The notes below the pieces were generated by a model. It was not told the DNA's origin, ran no database searches, and worked only from the letters and a program-made list of their open reading frames with translations. From NCBI GenBank assembly GCA_002633005.1, contig NMRA01000099.1, positions 124,001 to 188,000 on the forward strand: a stretch of DNA of 64,000 bases, in the 5' to 3' direction. Source of the stretch: Phoronis australis. Taxonomy: Eukaryota > Animalia > Phoronida. Shown here piece by piece: positions 26,841-41,077 of the stretch (position 1 is its first letter; each line of letters starts with the position of its first letter). The translations under genes were made by a program, and so were the position numbers.

Positions 26841-29800
26841 TCTCGATTCGCTGATTTACTACACCATAAGGAATTGTCCTGAGTCCCTATTCATACAATT
26901 GCCAGCTTTCCTGATAGTAACAGTCTTTATGATCCATTTATGATCCATCTTGTCAATCTATAGCAACCTCTCTCCAAGACTGACATATTTTTCCCAGTCA
27001 ATTAGGATTAGTTTGCATGTCAGTAACAGCAGATTTGTAAATAGTGCGGTCAGAAAGTCCTCTGAATCTCCTTCAAACTCTAAAAATACTTCCGTGTGTT
27101 GGAAAGGCGCCTTCCCCAATTTCAACCTGTCTCTTTGATGTACACAGATTCACAGCTAGACCAAGGCAAGTAAAACATAACACAACACAAGCACAGAGTC
27201 ATAGTATCACTATCACCTATGGCCTTAGGATAAACCAACAGAGAGCTTTAAGTCAGGCTTTAAAAGCCACAAGGATGGCAAAAGACACTCTAATGTGCAT
27301 TGTGAGATGTCCCCTAGCATTTAAGCAGAACAAAATGGCATCGAAGTCCTGTCCATACACAGACTTACCTTAGAACAACTTGCATTAATGCACATTGTCA
27401 CGCTTAAGTGGAGCATCACACACATAACTGATAACTTAAGTGCAAGGTGGAAATTGTCTCTCTGTGTATGACAGTGAACAGCTGATGCGAATATCGCTCG
27501 CAAAAGAAGGCTCGTCTGTATGTAACTACAGCTGATAGTTAATTCCAGTTTGCCTAAGGTTTGCAGCTATTCAGCTATTAGAAGTGCTGCAATTAACTCT
27601 AGAACAAGTCACCCTACCTCGATGAGGTGGACTAAATTGTCACAGGTGGGACAAGTTGCACTAGCTTATATTGAGACCAAATAGTCCCTAAACTGACAAC
27701 TCGTCGCAGGAGTAGCTTGTTCTACGTTAACTCTGTCTGTGGACGGCACGTAAGTAATTCCACCAAATGGTGTGTGAGTTGGCAGTCAAAACCTACATGC
27801 ATAAATAAATTGAACAGTTCAGCGCAACTATTTTTAAACAGCTTCATGCAGTGTCGCAATTGTTCTGGTTCATGTTTCAGAATAGAACCCTTTGTTATGT
27901 TTTTTTTTTAATATGGGCAGTTATTATTCCTATTTACACATGGTAATACAGTGAAATGAGCGGAGGATTCTGCAGATTTTGAATTATTCTTGTTTGAAGC
28001 TGGCAAATTCTGTTTGGCCTGATTTGTGGCGGATGGAACTTGAAACAAAAACAGTTGATTTCTCTGTCCCTCCTGTATTGGTTTTTAGAAATCAGTTCAG
28101 TGTTAAGTTATGAAGCCTTTTGAGTATAATCTCATAAACAACAAAAAGGCATTAAACAAATTGCACTTGCTAGTGCAATCCATAACTTTTTGTAATTCTG
28201 TTGCAATGGTCTACAGGGATTAAAATTGTAGACATAAAAGGATTGGTTGTGTTTAAGTCATAATCACCTACTCCCACAGTGCATTGGTCATGTCACAAAA
28301 TGAGGTGTGGCTTTTGCAAGCAATTAGGTAATCCTTTAAAATCCTAACATCTGATATACCAATAGTCATATGAACTATACTTAATGAACTCAAAGAGCAT
28401 TACATCAATTGCCAGGGATCATTTTTGGTGGGCAAACTGTCTGATGTATCACACTTACCGCTGCCACCTTGTGGTGCCTTTTGGATTTTTCACATCATGT
28501 TTAGATCCGGTACAAACGGAGCCATAACACAAACTGCGAAGTTAGCTTGAACTTTTTCATTAGCCTCAGTATTTAACAGACATCCGAGTTATCACTTTGT
28601 CACCCTATCATTATTGTAGTCATCGTAAGGAGCAGCAGCATGACCTTCGCCACTGTCACAGTAGTGACCTCAGCTGGTTACTTCGATGGGCACTGAAGTT
28701 GAGCATTCCCACTCACTCGGTGAAGTAGCGAGGCGTCGAAGCTTCGTTACTAAATCTAACAGTTTACTGCGCCACACTCGAGCTATTAACTTCAATCAAA
28801 AACCAACACTCCCCTAAACACCAAAGCATCGATGTTAATGGGAAAAGCCTTTTTACCAAGAAGCAACGTGTACAAGTAGATTTTCCAGTTCATTTTAATT
28901 TATAACTTCATAATGTACGGTAACAAGGGCAGGTGGTTCACCTTATTACAATAAAGTATAGCGGTGTTCTCGTGACAAGGTATATGTGATTACCAGAATC
29001 AGGACCAGAAATGTTTACTGTATGTAGGCCTTGGACCCATAATTTTTTATATTACAACTTTACAATTAAAAAATTTCAGTTCTTAGCTCTGCAATGTACT
29101 CGAAATATATAGCGTCATAAAGATTATGGCTTTGAGATTATATTCCTACTCCGGCATCATCCAACATCTTCGTCAGCAAATATCTGAGTACATCACCAAA
29201 GACAAGGTAGTGACACATAAATTTCTACGGGGGGATCTTGTCTCATTTGCAACACCCATAGAGTTCCTAAGCCAACACTAATAGTATTATCTCACCTTAA
29301 AGTGACACCCAAACAAAGACTTCAACCCTCGAACATTAAAGTTACTCCTGAAACCAGTTTTTGCTAGGTTTGAATGCTGTCTGGACACAACCCTCCCCCT
29401 AAGCAACTAAAACGCACTTGTGTCAACTTATTATTGAGGTGTGGTAACTTGTTATAGAGTAACTTGCGCCACTTGTGATTGCTGTGTGGCCGCAAAAGTG
29501 GGGTAGGGCGGAAGAAACTATCAGATGTTGATACATACGCAAGAGGAATGTCAATTCACAGCCAAACAATATCAATAATATGACCAAATTTCGTTTGATT
29601 TAAATTAGCAACATAAAATCTCAGAAATTGCACATGAAAATTTGATTTAAAAACCTAGTCACATGAAAATAATAAAGATACAGTAGTAACAGCCATATTT
29701 TTAGAAACCTTGATAATTCTTCTTTCAGAAAACATACTTTTTATGGCTGACAAAGCATAGTTTTCTTGATATTTGACTTGGAGTTAGGTCGTTTATAAAG

Positions 29801-31398
29801 GTCCTAGATAACCTTACAGGCTCTGCCACTTATGGATAGAGTTTAGCTCCATCTGCAGAGTGCTTAGACTATGACTACAAGGGGTTCCCGATTTGATTAC
29901 ATGTGATCTCAGAAATTTTCTTTTCTCTCAATAGGATGTCTTATGAACTGTTGGTATGAAACATGATAAACACATTATCATCCTCTGTTGTATTCTAAGT
30001 GACTGTCACAAATACTCATTGTCCCAAATCATAAAAACCCACAACAGACACTCCTACTTTTACATTTCATGCCATTTGACCCGCATGACCTATGCAAATT
30101 AGCTCCATGTTCAACTGTCCCAGCCAATGAGACACTCACCCAGTTCCCACAGTCAAGGTCGGACTTGCATGCTTGCTGATACCGGAGTGCAGTTTCATTG
30201 GCCACTGCAGCTGCCAAAGGTTGATTTTCAAAGGTTAAGTAGGACAAATTGTGTTTGACCAGATTTCTACCTCCAGCCTTCAGTCTGTAAATACTTATCC
30301 TATGTCTGCTGATCGCTAGTCTCAAGATCCCTAACTTCGTGCATTTTGCCAATTTTATCCACAAAACTACAATTTAACTCGGAAAGAGCAAACAAATCAG
30401 GTGGAAGCCATTAGAATTTGATTTTACACCAATCTACCATAAATTGGGTGCTATGACCATGAACATGGCCAAATTTTACTTCGTACAGATGTTCAAGACG
30501 AAATTTCAAAAATTACCACTTTGTTTTCATTAAATGCAACTTTTCAATTTTTCATCAAAATATAAAGAACAAGAACATATTTTTTGGATAACAGTTTTTA
30601 AGATGAAATTTCTAATGCACAATTTTGCAATTTATCGTTTTGTTTCCGTTTTATGCATAAAGATTCTACAAGTCCAGTTCATTAAGCTAATCACAAAAAG
30701 TGGAATATTTTAAAAACAATCCCAGACAGGCTTTTGGAAAACAGAGTTTTGAAAAATTATAAGACAGATATGGTATATCTCAAACAATATGGACGATAAG
30801 CGAAAAAATTATTTTATCATTTTTGTCCATCAAACTACGACCCACCCAATTACTGCTTTCCAATAGTGACCACCAGAAAATGTTTTGAAATATTGCGACC
30901 ATTCACAATGGTGTGAAAAGCACTTGAGAATTGAAAAAAGTCATGTTTGGCAATTATTTCTGTTCAAAATTGGCGAGAATTTACCATATTGCAAATTTCC
31001 AAACACACAGGCTTTAAGTCAACCAAGTATTCTCTTAGTACTTTTCATGACTTACAATGTACTGAGAGAATAATGAAAAACGAAAACCATTAGCAGCCTT
31101 AAGGTCATTTTTCATTGTTTTGCACAATTTTTGCTTTGCGCATACAAATCATGAAAAAAAGAGAAAAATAGAACTGGAAAAATAAAACTTAAGTACATGA
31201 ACTATTAAATGTACTCTGGCTAATACTTTACAGTGTTAGTTAAAAATAGACTCGACGTAATGAAGTCGAAAGTGACTATAAACGCACAACCACAACTCCT
31301 GATAACAAAAAACCAGTTCACCTTTCCCAGTGAGTGAACATGTGAAATTGTACATTTTATGCAAAAAGAAGTATCACGTGCTAAGTGCACACAATCTA

Positions 31399-34390
31399 TC
31401 ATAAACGTTCAGGTTAAAGACCATGTTCACTTAACCGCCCATCCAGGCCTTCATCCAGGATTTCGAAAATAGGGTGTCCAAAATGAGGTTCCCAATATTC
31501 CAGGGCGTCCATAATTCCGACGCGTAACCCCCCATCCCCAGCAATCCCCCCAAACACACAAATTTTTTTACAAAAAAATGCATAGAGCAAGGTTTTTACA
31601 TCTAAGTTTACAAAACAGCCTTCTGTAGTGAGCATTTTTAATAAAAAATTGGTGTAGACCAAGACTTTTTCAATGCTATCAACCAAGTATGAGCATAGCA
31701 ACATTGTATATACTTTGTATATACATTGTATATTTCTTCCTGCTTTGAAAAAGAGCCCCCACTGTGAGCCTTCAGAGGCTTCCTAGTAATCATTACAATG
31801 TGTGTGTCCAAACTTGAAAGGTTCCTATTGACAGTGGGTGTCCAAATGATACATTGGGCGTCCTTGCCAGGGCGTCCATATTAGTGCTGGGGCGTCTATT
31901 TGGACGCCCAGGACGTACGCTGCATGAAGGCCTGCGCCCATCCCCTACTTTAGGTGGATTTTCGATTTAACCGCCCACTGCTCGGTTAACCGCCTCTCTG
32001 CGAAGATTTCCAGTTAAGCACCCATCTCTCGGTTAAGCGCCCATCCCCGACTTTTGAAGATTGATCATTACGTGCCTACTGCTAAGGAAATGTGCGATTA
32101 CCCATTTTTAGATAAAAATCGATGATAACAAAGAATGCAACGACTGCGTTGAAGACGGTGGTTTGGCAATGTGAATTATAATACAAGTAACAAATTATTG
32201 TCCCGGGTAATGGATTTCCTTCAAAATGTAATACCTTGAACGCTTTGACACTATTTTCTTACCATGTTCACAAAACTAAGAACCCCCCGGCTTCAATACC
32301 TACGATTTCATCGATGTCGTCTGCCGCGCTAAGTTTCCGTCTGCATTGCTCTAGATATAACTATTATTCGAAAAGATAAAGCCAGAGAAACGTGACAGTG
32401 ATCTTGCCAACACTCCTAATTCGCTTTAGGCGGGATTAGCTCTCGGATTTTAAAGAATTACCTTAACTTTGTGAATATTGTTTCCACCTACCTTTTTAGA
32501 CCTCCCGAGAAATTTTGTTTCTTCATTGGCTAGTTTCAGCGGGAACAAAATACTTCCCATTCGAGTCTAAAATAGCTACGACGTAGGCTGAGTGAAAATT
32601 GGCAGCAGTGGGGGAGAGGGTGAACCCATCGAGCCAAGGGAACATCATTCAAGCCGTGAATTATCAGAACTGAGTCTTCACGTGGCAGTTTTGGGGAACC
32701 TTGGTTTTTTAAAACAGCAGGAGGCCCAAGTTCTTATACTTTGTACGGTTCTCTTTTGATGTGCGACTTTGATGTGGTGCCCGCCTGTGAGTTCCCACGC
32801 TCTGGAGTGCAAGTTACCTTGACTGCACATGTGAGTGACAGGTGACTCATATGTGCATGCTCAACCCCGGAAAGAAGGTCTAGAGAATCTGTTTGCCGCT
32901 GTCTTTTGCCATAAAAAACGAGACGCATATTGAAACAGGTCGTTACATTACTTGCCGCCGTTTTCAAGTCGCGATCGTTTGCGGGGACATTGCACGCAAA
33001 CAGCGGGACCGAACAGTGTCGCAATACGATATTGTATGGGATAGTCTGGAAATCTTGCAAGTAAAATAAAAATTTGTTTTACCACAAAAAAATTTGGTAA
33101 GTTGATCGTTTAACAATGAATAGAAACATCGCTGTTTTGTGATGTTTTATCACATGTGTATGCCGTGGTCCGTACAATGGAAATTCCAGGTCGCATGTTA
33201 CGACTAAATACAATATGACCAAAATCTTGGCTTGCATTTTCAAAATTCAGGTCGCCAATGCCACCTGCAGCTCGTAATGCCTAGCGCCGAGTCCCATTTG
33301 CAAAAACACCGACTCGGTAAGTACGCTTTGCTCGTTGGAATTCGTCACTTAAATTTAGTCGTATAACAAAGCACTGGTGCCAGTTACAGGAATGATGGGG
33401 CTTCGTCTTCGAATTATTTTTACTGACGCAGGTACGTATATGAACTACTTCTTTCTCAGACTCATCCCACTCATAGTGTTAAATAACGTAGAAAATAAAT
33501 CTGAAACTAAATAAGGCGATCCAGATTCTCCCCAGGATACTAGTTGTTTCACGAAATGTAGAATATAAATAGGTAAATAAAACAACAAGAATGGATCAAC
33601 TCATAGTGTTAGTATTTTTTAAAATTAAAATCTTAAATACTACGTTTTTGAGTAATGCCTTTGCGGTAACTTTTGATTGACGACTGGCTTATGTCTGCCT
33701 ACCTCCACCGGGCCGTCAAAATAAAACAGCCACAGAACCTTACGTTGAAAATGTCATTGAAACACGGAGTCTCGAACAATTAAACATCCCAAACACAAAA
33801 AAACACCTGAATTAGTTTTTCAAATTTTAATTACAAATAATGTAAAACTGCTCTCTAACTCAGAACTTGACAGCTAACACATGACTCTGCTGTGACCTAT
33901 GCAGCGCGTGAAGCTTGAATGCGCGCACTTTGCACTGTCACCACATGAGGATAGATCCAGTCCAATGGGAGTGCTGCATAATAACTGGTCGTCTGCGCTC
34001 TACAGGTACTGAGCTCTAACAAAACCGCAGGACGGCACGGGCTATTACTCAGCAATTTTGCAAATTTAACTGAAATGATTAATCTGAGAGCAATAGAACC
34101 TTTGTTGGGATCATCCGCTGTTATGATGTTTTTACCATCAGTTGGCAACGTGGCGATAAAGCTCTGAAAAATGCTGCGCGTTCCAACTACGTGTGGGGAC
34201 TAGGATCATGAGGTAAGATTAACTGCACACCCTGGTTGTCTGTCGTAATAAGTGCCCATGTCCGGTTAACCGCTCACCCGAGATTTCTTGAAATTTCACA
34301 TGTAAGCACCCATGTCTGGCTAGCCGCCCACCCCCGATTTTTTGGGTTAGCCAATTTAACCACCCAGGGCGTTAACCGGATCGTTTACGA
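31399..34390. mobile_element. pogo/Tc1-mariner-type non-autonomous element, family copy C (contains a nested hAT-type MITE)
   Basis: TA|tcataaacgttcaggttaaagacc (decayed TIR) ... gggcgttaaccggatcgtttacga|TA. Colinear with copy D over ~31935-33270 and ~34050-34390. Confidence 0.85.
31444..31934. mobile_element. hAT-type MITE (491 bp) with 8-bp target-site duplication
   Basis: TIRs caggccttcatccag / ctgcatgaaggcctg (14 of 15 match). Perfect 8-bp TSD cgcccatc at 31436-31443 and 31935-31942. Internal gg(c/t)gtcca motif repeats. Confidence 0.85.
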
Positions 34391-37300
34391 TATGCTAATG
34401 ATAGTCTTTAATCTGTCTTTGTTCAAACATGGCTTTCAGGATGCTCCGTGGGAAATTATTACAGGCTAACATACTATTAACTGACAATTATTTACCACTG
34501 GCATTTTAGACAACCCAGTACATAAAGAACATCACTGCACGCAGTCTTCACAACAACCCTGTAGCTGTCTTGCCATTTATACTATCTCATCAGTGAGCAC
34601 ATACTATAACTCAGGTCAATAGGTGCCTAGGACAGACAACACCAAGCACAGGTGAGCAAATAAGAGAATCAGATCATATTACTTATACTCGTCATACTCA
34701 ACATAGCATAAAGTCAATGAAATGATAAGAATGGACTTCAGTGCATTATTTCAACAGTTTGTTACTTTGATTTTCACGGCTAAAAAGGTTAAGGTTAGAG
34801 TGTCATAGTAGCTGTATGTAATTGATACATACATAAGGATCAAATTGTGCCACTTTTTACAAGAAACTGTGCATTTTTATGTTATTGTACTATTCATAGA
34901 GAATTTCCAAGTTTACAAAAGTAGTGGAGTATTCACAGTGACTATGTTTTATTTTGTCAAACTTCACAAAAATATTGCCTCGCTTTCATAGACTGGATTT
35001 AGCATCACATCAAAATTCCCTGCAGGCTGGCACATTTTTCATCCCAGTTCTAACTTATGTCACACCCCCTGTCCTGTTTTCCAGCAGATTGTAACTTTTG
35101 ATAAGGTTATCATAACCCAGATTTTCGCCATGGAGTACTGGGAATTTATGATGTTGTCCTGACACTTTTTGATATTTACAATGCCCAAAATATACGTAAA
35201 TCCCAGGAGTATAAACACGAAATCATAATTGTTCAGCTTAAATGCACAACTGCATGTTTTGAATTAGTGCTATTTTGGCTACAAAGAAAACATGAAAGAT
35301 CCAGGCATATTTTGGCTAGAAAGAAAATATGAAAAGATCCAGGCACAGCTTTTTTGTAGACTGTGAAATAGATACTTTATCAAATCTCATACTGCCTTAA
35401 AACCATGAAAACATTACATTGAAAAAATAGGATTTTCATTGTTATAACACAAGCAAGACCAATAACTTACCGTGTTAATAGTCAAGCTTAATGCACACCC
35501 ACAACATTTCCAAATTATTAACCTTAAGAAGCTCCTGCTTACCACCAGCTTCCAATTCATATAACTGAGACTTCCTTGAAATTTAATTTAAAGTTTTACA
35601 ATAGGACTTTTACCAATGTAGAAAGTTCCGATCTAATTTAAAATTTTACAAAAAAAGGATTTCTTCTGATGTAGAAATTTCCAATTTAATTTAGAATTTT
35701 ACAATAGGACTTTTAGCCAAAAAAAATAGAAAAATTCTTCGGGACGGATTCCTGAAATTTGACATTATTTTCATGTAAAAATAACTTTTACACCCCTCGA
35801 TAGGACCCATCCTATGGGCACAAAGACGGCAAACATCGTCACTTTCCGGTACCGTCCATTTTGCATGGGTGGCGTGAAATTTGAACTCAAGGTCGAAAGC
35901 AAACGTCCCGTGGAGTACGAAAGTGCAGTTGAAGTCCGTACAAACTTTTGGAATTAGGATACTGATTGTTTCAGGATCTATTTATGTGAGTTTTATTTCA
36001 CATATTAAAGCCTAAATTCAACGGAATTTTGTTACTTTAGATGTATTAGTCTAACCCGATAGTCCTAGCAAAGCTTTTAGTAAAATTAGAAAACGTGAGT
36101 TCAATCACGCAAGTGTATTAGGCAGTCAAATGATAAGCGAAGCTGCCTTTTCGTGCCATGTTGCGACACCGCGAGATCCCAGCACAAACAACGAAAGGTT
36201 GTATTGAATAGGGGTCTGAATAGAACACCATTGCATACAGGTGTTATTCGCAGCTGTTTGAATTAAAAGGTAGACAAAAGTGAGCCAATACGCCAAACAG
36301 TTCGTTACATTTGGCAATTTATGGCACTAGATGGCTCAGAGCAATGCTCTTAACATACTGTAGGAACCAATTTTACATGTGTTACCGTTGAAGATAGGCT
36401 TTAAAGTTTCACACGCATTCAAAACTTTTTAACTTGAATGTTCAGCTCGACAAAATCACAAAAGACCAATTATGACCGAACATACGGCTTTCATTGAAAC
36501 GGGCCGCGGAGATCCATTCCTCAGTAATGCTTACGATTTTGGGTAATAGTTCAAACCTTGAGTGATCCTAAAAAGCCGTACAGTGACACTCCTTTCAAAA
36601 CGAGCGCGTGGAGCGTTTTTTCTTCACTGAACAAACCACCGGAAGGAAAATCTTTCATGGAACAAGTCCCAATGGCAATGCTGATAAAATGATTATTGAC
36701 AAACCAAAAAAACATAACTTCAGCTACCATAATTTATTAATTACTGTAGTTGTTCTGTTCCCAAGAAGTCCTGGTAATAGTTCTGCTAGGTTTGTTCAAT
36801 AAACCTTGAAGCCTGGTAGATAATTGGCCTGTGTGTTGTCATACCAGGCAAAAAACTGTTAACAAAGGAGCAACATGTTGTCACACCTTCACCTGCCCAT
36901 GGGAGAAGGGCCTAATGGAGGCTACCATTCTATGTTCTACTGAATAACTGGCAAAAACAGATGTTTCCTTCTATCAGAAACTATTAATGCTTCACAGTTC
37001 TCACACTCTGTCACTTTGACAACAGTGCTTACTTAGCTGGAGGTAGTCAGGTAGTGGTAATCCAACTAGTAAGTATGTAAACAATTTACCAACCACAGAA
37101 TTCCTTGCTTAAAGTTTAGGCCACTGACAAATTCCTCCATTATTTTGCTATATTTAGAATGATTTGTAGTAAGTTTCCGACTTCGCAGCTCAAGATTTTT
37201 GGTTAACACAATGTGAATATATATCTTGTAATTTCTAATTCGAAATTATTCTTCCATTTCTACAATTAGCTTATCCCTTGAAGAGCAAAAAGTCAGTAAA

Positions 37301-38903
37301 TAATCTGCTTCATATTTGCACACTTTTTGCATGGCTTTAAATACATGCATACTACAAGTCAAATTCCCATATGAATCCCACTTTTTGCATAGAGTACACA
37401 GGTCTGCTTTCATATCTGACAATGTTGCACCAAATAATGTGCTTTGTCCCTTTCGTTAGGTGTACCATGATCAGAGAATATTTTGTAAATTGAAGGTATT
37501 CAAAGCATTAATAGAATCAAAGGAAAAATGCAGAAGTACAAATTTGGCAATTATTGTTGTTTGAAATTGGTGCAATTTTACTGTAAACACGAAAGCATAA
37601 CTTCAACTAGGCAAAGTAAAAGGATATAAATAGCAATGAATCATGAGGAACTTGAAAGGCAAACACTAACAAAAAAATAAGTGCATGTTCACTGAATCCT
37701 TGAAAAATATCAAAAATGTTCCGATACAAGATTCTGACCACCCCATGTTGTTGTAGGCTTGTTATTTTAGTTGGGGCAGCATTACTCATATGCCGGTACA
37801 TTTTGCTTTTTTAAGGAAAATTGTAAATCAAACCATCATCAATGTTAAATGCTGGATAGCATATTATCCCGTTTATTTTTATAAAATGGTTATTGAGTAC
37901 TACCCCATCAATGGCTTGCCTTTTCACTGAAGTTTAATTATGTAAACTTTAATATGTATTACCAGAAATTTTGTCTTACTTTTCGGATATTGTTAAGTTG
38001 ACAAAGTCAGCAATACTAAAGATTTCAATTTAATAAGCCAGGGGCACAAATTCAGCATTTTCCGGACCAAAAGTCAAATAAAAGTACAGTTGAAGAATCT
38101 CGATACATCATACATCAAAGAGCATGCTTCTTTTACTAGAGAAAACTTGCAATCTAATGCGCTAATATATACATATAGGATGTGATCCACCACGTGAACA
38201 GTCTGAGTGAAATATTAAAAAAATCTGAGGAAAAATGAAAAAAATTTAGGAATTTGAAGCGTATGAGATAAATACAAAACGTACCGAGGGTGGCGTACAT
38301 GAAGTAATATCACACGAGACATTATTCCGCATATCGACCTCGACCTTTGGTCTCCGTCGATACGTGGAATAATGTCGAGTTATTAAGCATTATATTTTTA
38401 CACGTCTTGAAAATTTCAAAAATTAAACAATTCGACTAATTACTCAACCAAATCTTCCAACGAAGAACGGCCATTCCGTAAAACCGGAAGTTTTCTATCC
38501 CGCATGTGCAGCGCCCTCTCATCAGTGCTTATGTCCCTTGGTCTGCAACATGCTCAACGCGTTGCTATAGGAGTTGGAAGTCCCTATATATAATCCATGG
38601 TGCAACGCTATGCCAGAGGCGGCTTGATTTAATTTCGGACAACGAAACCCATGATTGAAAATGTATTTCCATGCACGAACACAGCTAATCAAGTGTTGCG
38701 TGCAAGGTCATAAAATGTAATAAACAACTTTGCCTATCAAACTATAAACTGCTTTTTGAAAAACTACACATCTTCAAGAACTAATGATTCCACAAATATG
38801 TAGAACAATCATAAAAAATAACTGAAATCGATGTGTCAATCATAAAAATGTGTTGACTTCATCTGCTTGACTGATAAGGAAAGTTAAAGTTTGTGCTCAA
38901 TTA

Positions 38904-41077
38904 CCGTAAACGTTCGGGTTAACGCCCATGTTCACTTAACCGCCCATCCCCTACTTTAGGTGGATTTTCGATTTAACCGCCCACTGCTCGGTTTACCGAC
39001 ACTCTGCGACTATTGAAGATTTCCTGTTAAGCGCACACCTCTCTGTTAAGCGCCCACCTCTCTGTTAAGCGCCCAACCCTGACTTTTGAAGATTGATGAT
39101 TACGTGCCTAGAGCTAAGGAAACGCGCGATTAAACACTTTTAGATAAAAATCGATGATAACAAAGAATGCAACGACAACATCGGAAACAGTGATTTGGCA
39201 ATGTGAATTATAATACAAGTAACAAATTATTGTCCAGGGTCATGGATTTGCTTCAAAATGTAATACCTTGAACGCTTTGCCACTTTATTTTCTTCCCATT
39301 GTTCGCAAAACTAGGAACCCCGCCAGTTTCAATACCTACGATTTCATCGCTAAGTTTCCGTCTGCAATGCTCTAGATAAAACATGTATTGGAAAAAATAA
39401 AGCCAGAGAAACTTCATAGTGTCTTGCCAACACTTCTAATTCGCTTTATGTGGGAAGCTCTCAGGTTTTGAATAGTTCCCTTAACTTTGTGAATATTGTT
39501 TCCACCTACCTTTTTAGCCCTTCAGAATAATTTTTTTTCTTCATTGGCTGGTTTCAACCGGAACAAAATCCTTCCCACTCGAGTCTGAAATATCTACGAC
39601 GTAGGCTGATCGAAAATTGGCAGCAGTGGGGAGGGGACGAACCCCCGAGGCCTAGGGAACATCGAGCAGCGAATTATCAGAAGTGAGACTTCACGTCGCA
39701 GTTTTGGAGTACTTTGGTTTTTTTTAAAACAGCAGGAGGCCCAAGTTTAGTGTCAAATAAACACCCGGTCAGCTTAAACCTACAGTCAAGCCGCTATGCT
39801 CTTATATTTTTTACTGTTGCTGTTCTCCTTTGATGTGCGACTTTGATGTGGTGCCCACGCGTGAGTTCCCAAGCTCTAGAGTGCAAGTTACCTTGACTGC
39901 ATATGTGAGTGACAGGTGACTCATATGCGCGTGCTCAATCCCGGAAAGAAGTTCTTGAGAATTTGTTTGCCACTGTCTTTTGCCATAACAACGAGACGCA
40001 TATTGAAACAGGTCGTTATATTACTTGCTGCCATTTCCAAGTCGCGATCGTTTGCGGGGACATTGCGCGCAAACAGCGGGACTGAACAGTGTCGCAGTAC
40101 GATATTGTAGGTGATATTATAATACGATAATCTGGAAATCTTGCAAGTAAAATAAAAATGTGTCTTTCCACCACAAAATTTGGTAAGTTGATGGTTAGCA
40201 ATGCATAGAAACATCACTGTTTTGTGACATTTGATCACACATGTATGCCGTGGTCTGTACATTGGAAATTCCAGGTCGCACGTTAAACTTAATACAAGAT
40301 GACCAAAATCTCGGCTCCCATTTTCAAAATTCAAGTCGCCAATGCGCCCTGTAGGCAATTACATCCCTCTGGATGCCGCAGGCATACAGAAGCGATAGTA
40401 CATCCCCACAAAAGTTAACAAATTTCAAAATACAGGAAATAAGATCAAATGAAACATGCATACATTATGCACATGGAGTTATTAAAACAACTCATACCAA
40501 AAGTCTGCAGACGATTCAGTCAAGATAACTTGAAAAAATCGATGAAAATCTGTCGCGGTCTGCTCGAGTTTCTCTTACCGGGTGCCACTTTGAGGAAGTT
40601 ACGTGAAATCACGCATGTTAACGAATCAAAAGTCCAAGAGACACACACAAATCTTACAAATTTCACCTGATACCTTCTCATGCTATTTTGCAAGTGTCAC
40701 GCGCTAGCATCACGCGCTTCGCTCAGTCTCGTGCTAGCCTTTGTAAATTTAACTGAAATGATTAATCTGAGGGCAACAGAACCTTTGTTGGGATCATCCA
40801 CTGTTACGACATTTATACCGTCATTTGGCGATGTGGTGATAAAGCTCGGAAAAGTGCTACTGCAGCCTACACATTCCAAGTACGTGTGGGGACTGAGATC
40901 ATGAGGTAACCGCCCACCCCGGTTGTCTGTCGTAATAAGCGCCCATGTTTGGTTAACCACCCACCAGCGATTTCTTGAAATTTCATGTTTAAGCGCCCAT
41001 GTCTGGCTAACCGCCCACCCCCGATTTTTTGGGTTCGCCAAATTAACCGCCAAGGGCATTAACCCGAACGTTTACGG
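38904..41077. mobile_element. pogo/Tc1-mariner-type non-autonomous element, family copy D (best-preserved ends)
   Basis: TA|ccgtaaacgttcgggttaacgccc ... gggcattaacccgaacgtttacgg|TA; 24-bp TIR with 1 mismatch; subterminal ttaaccgccc/ttaagcgccc repeats; no transposase ORF. Confidence 0.9.

Noticed and set aside
27369-27461. Strong minus-strand donor (AAG|gtaagt) with an open phase-0 frame
   Set aside because: The peptide RDNFHLALKLSVMCVMLHLSVTMCINASCSK shows no recognisable INTS8 similarity, and the acceptor is mediocre.
30140-30210. Candidate exon AVANETALRYQQACKSDLDCGNW followed by gtgagt
   Set aside because: No recognisable homology and no partner exons, so it cannot be supported.
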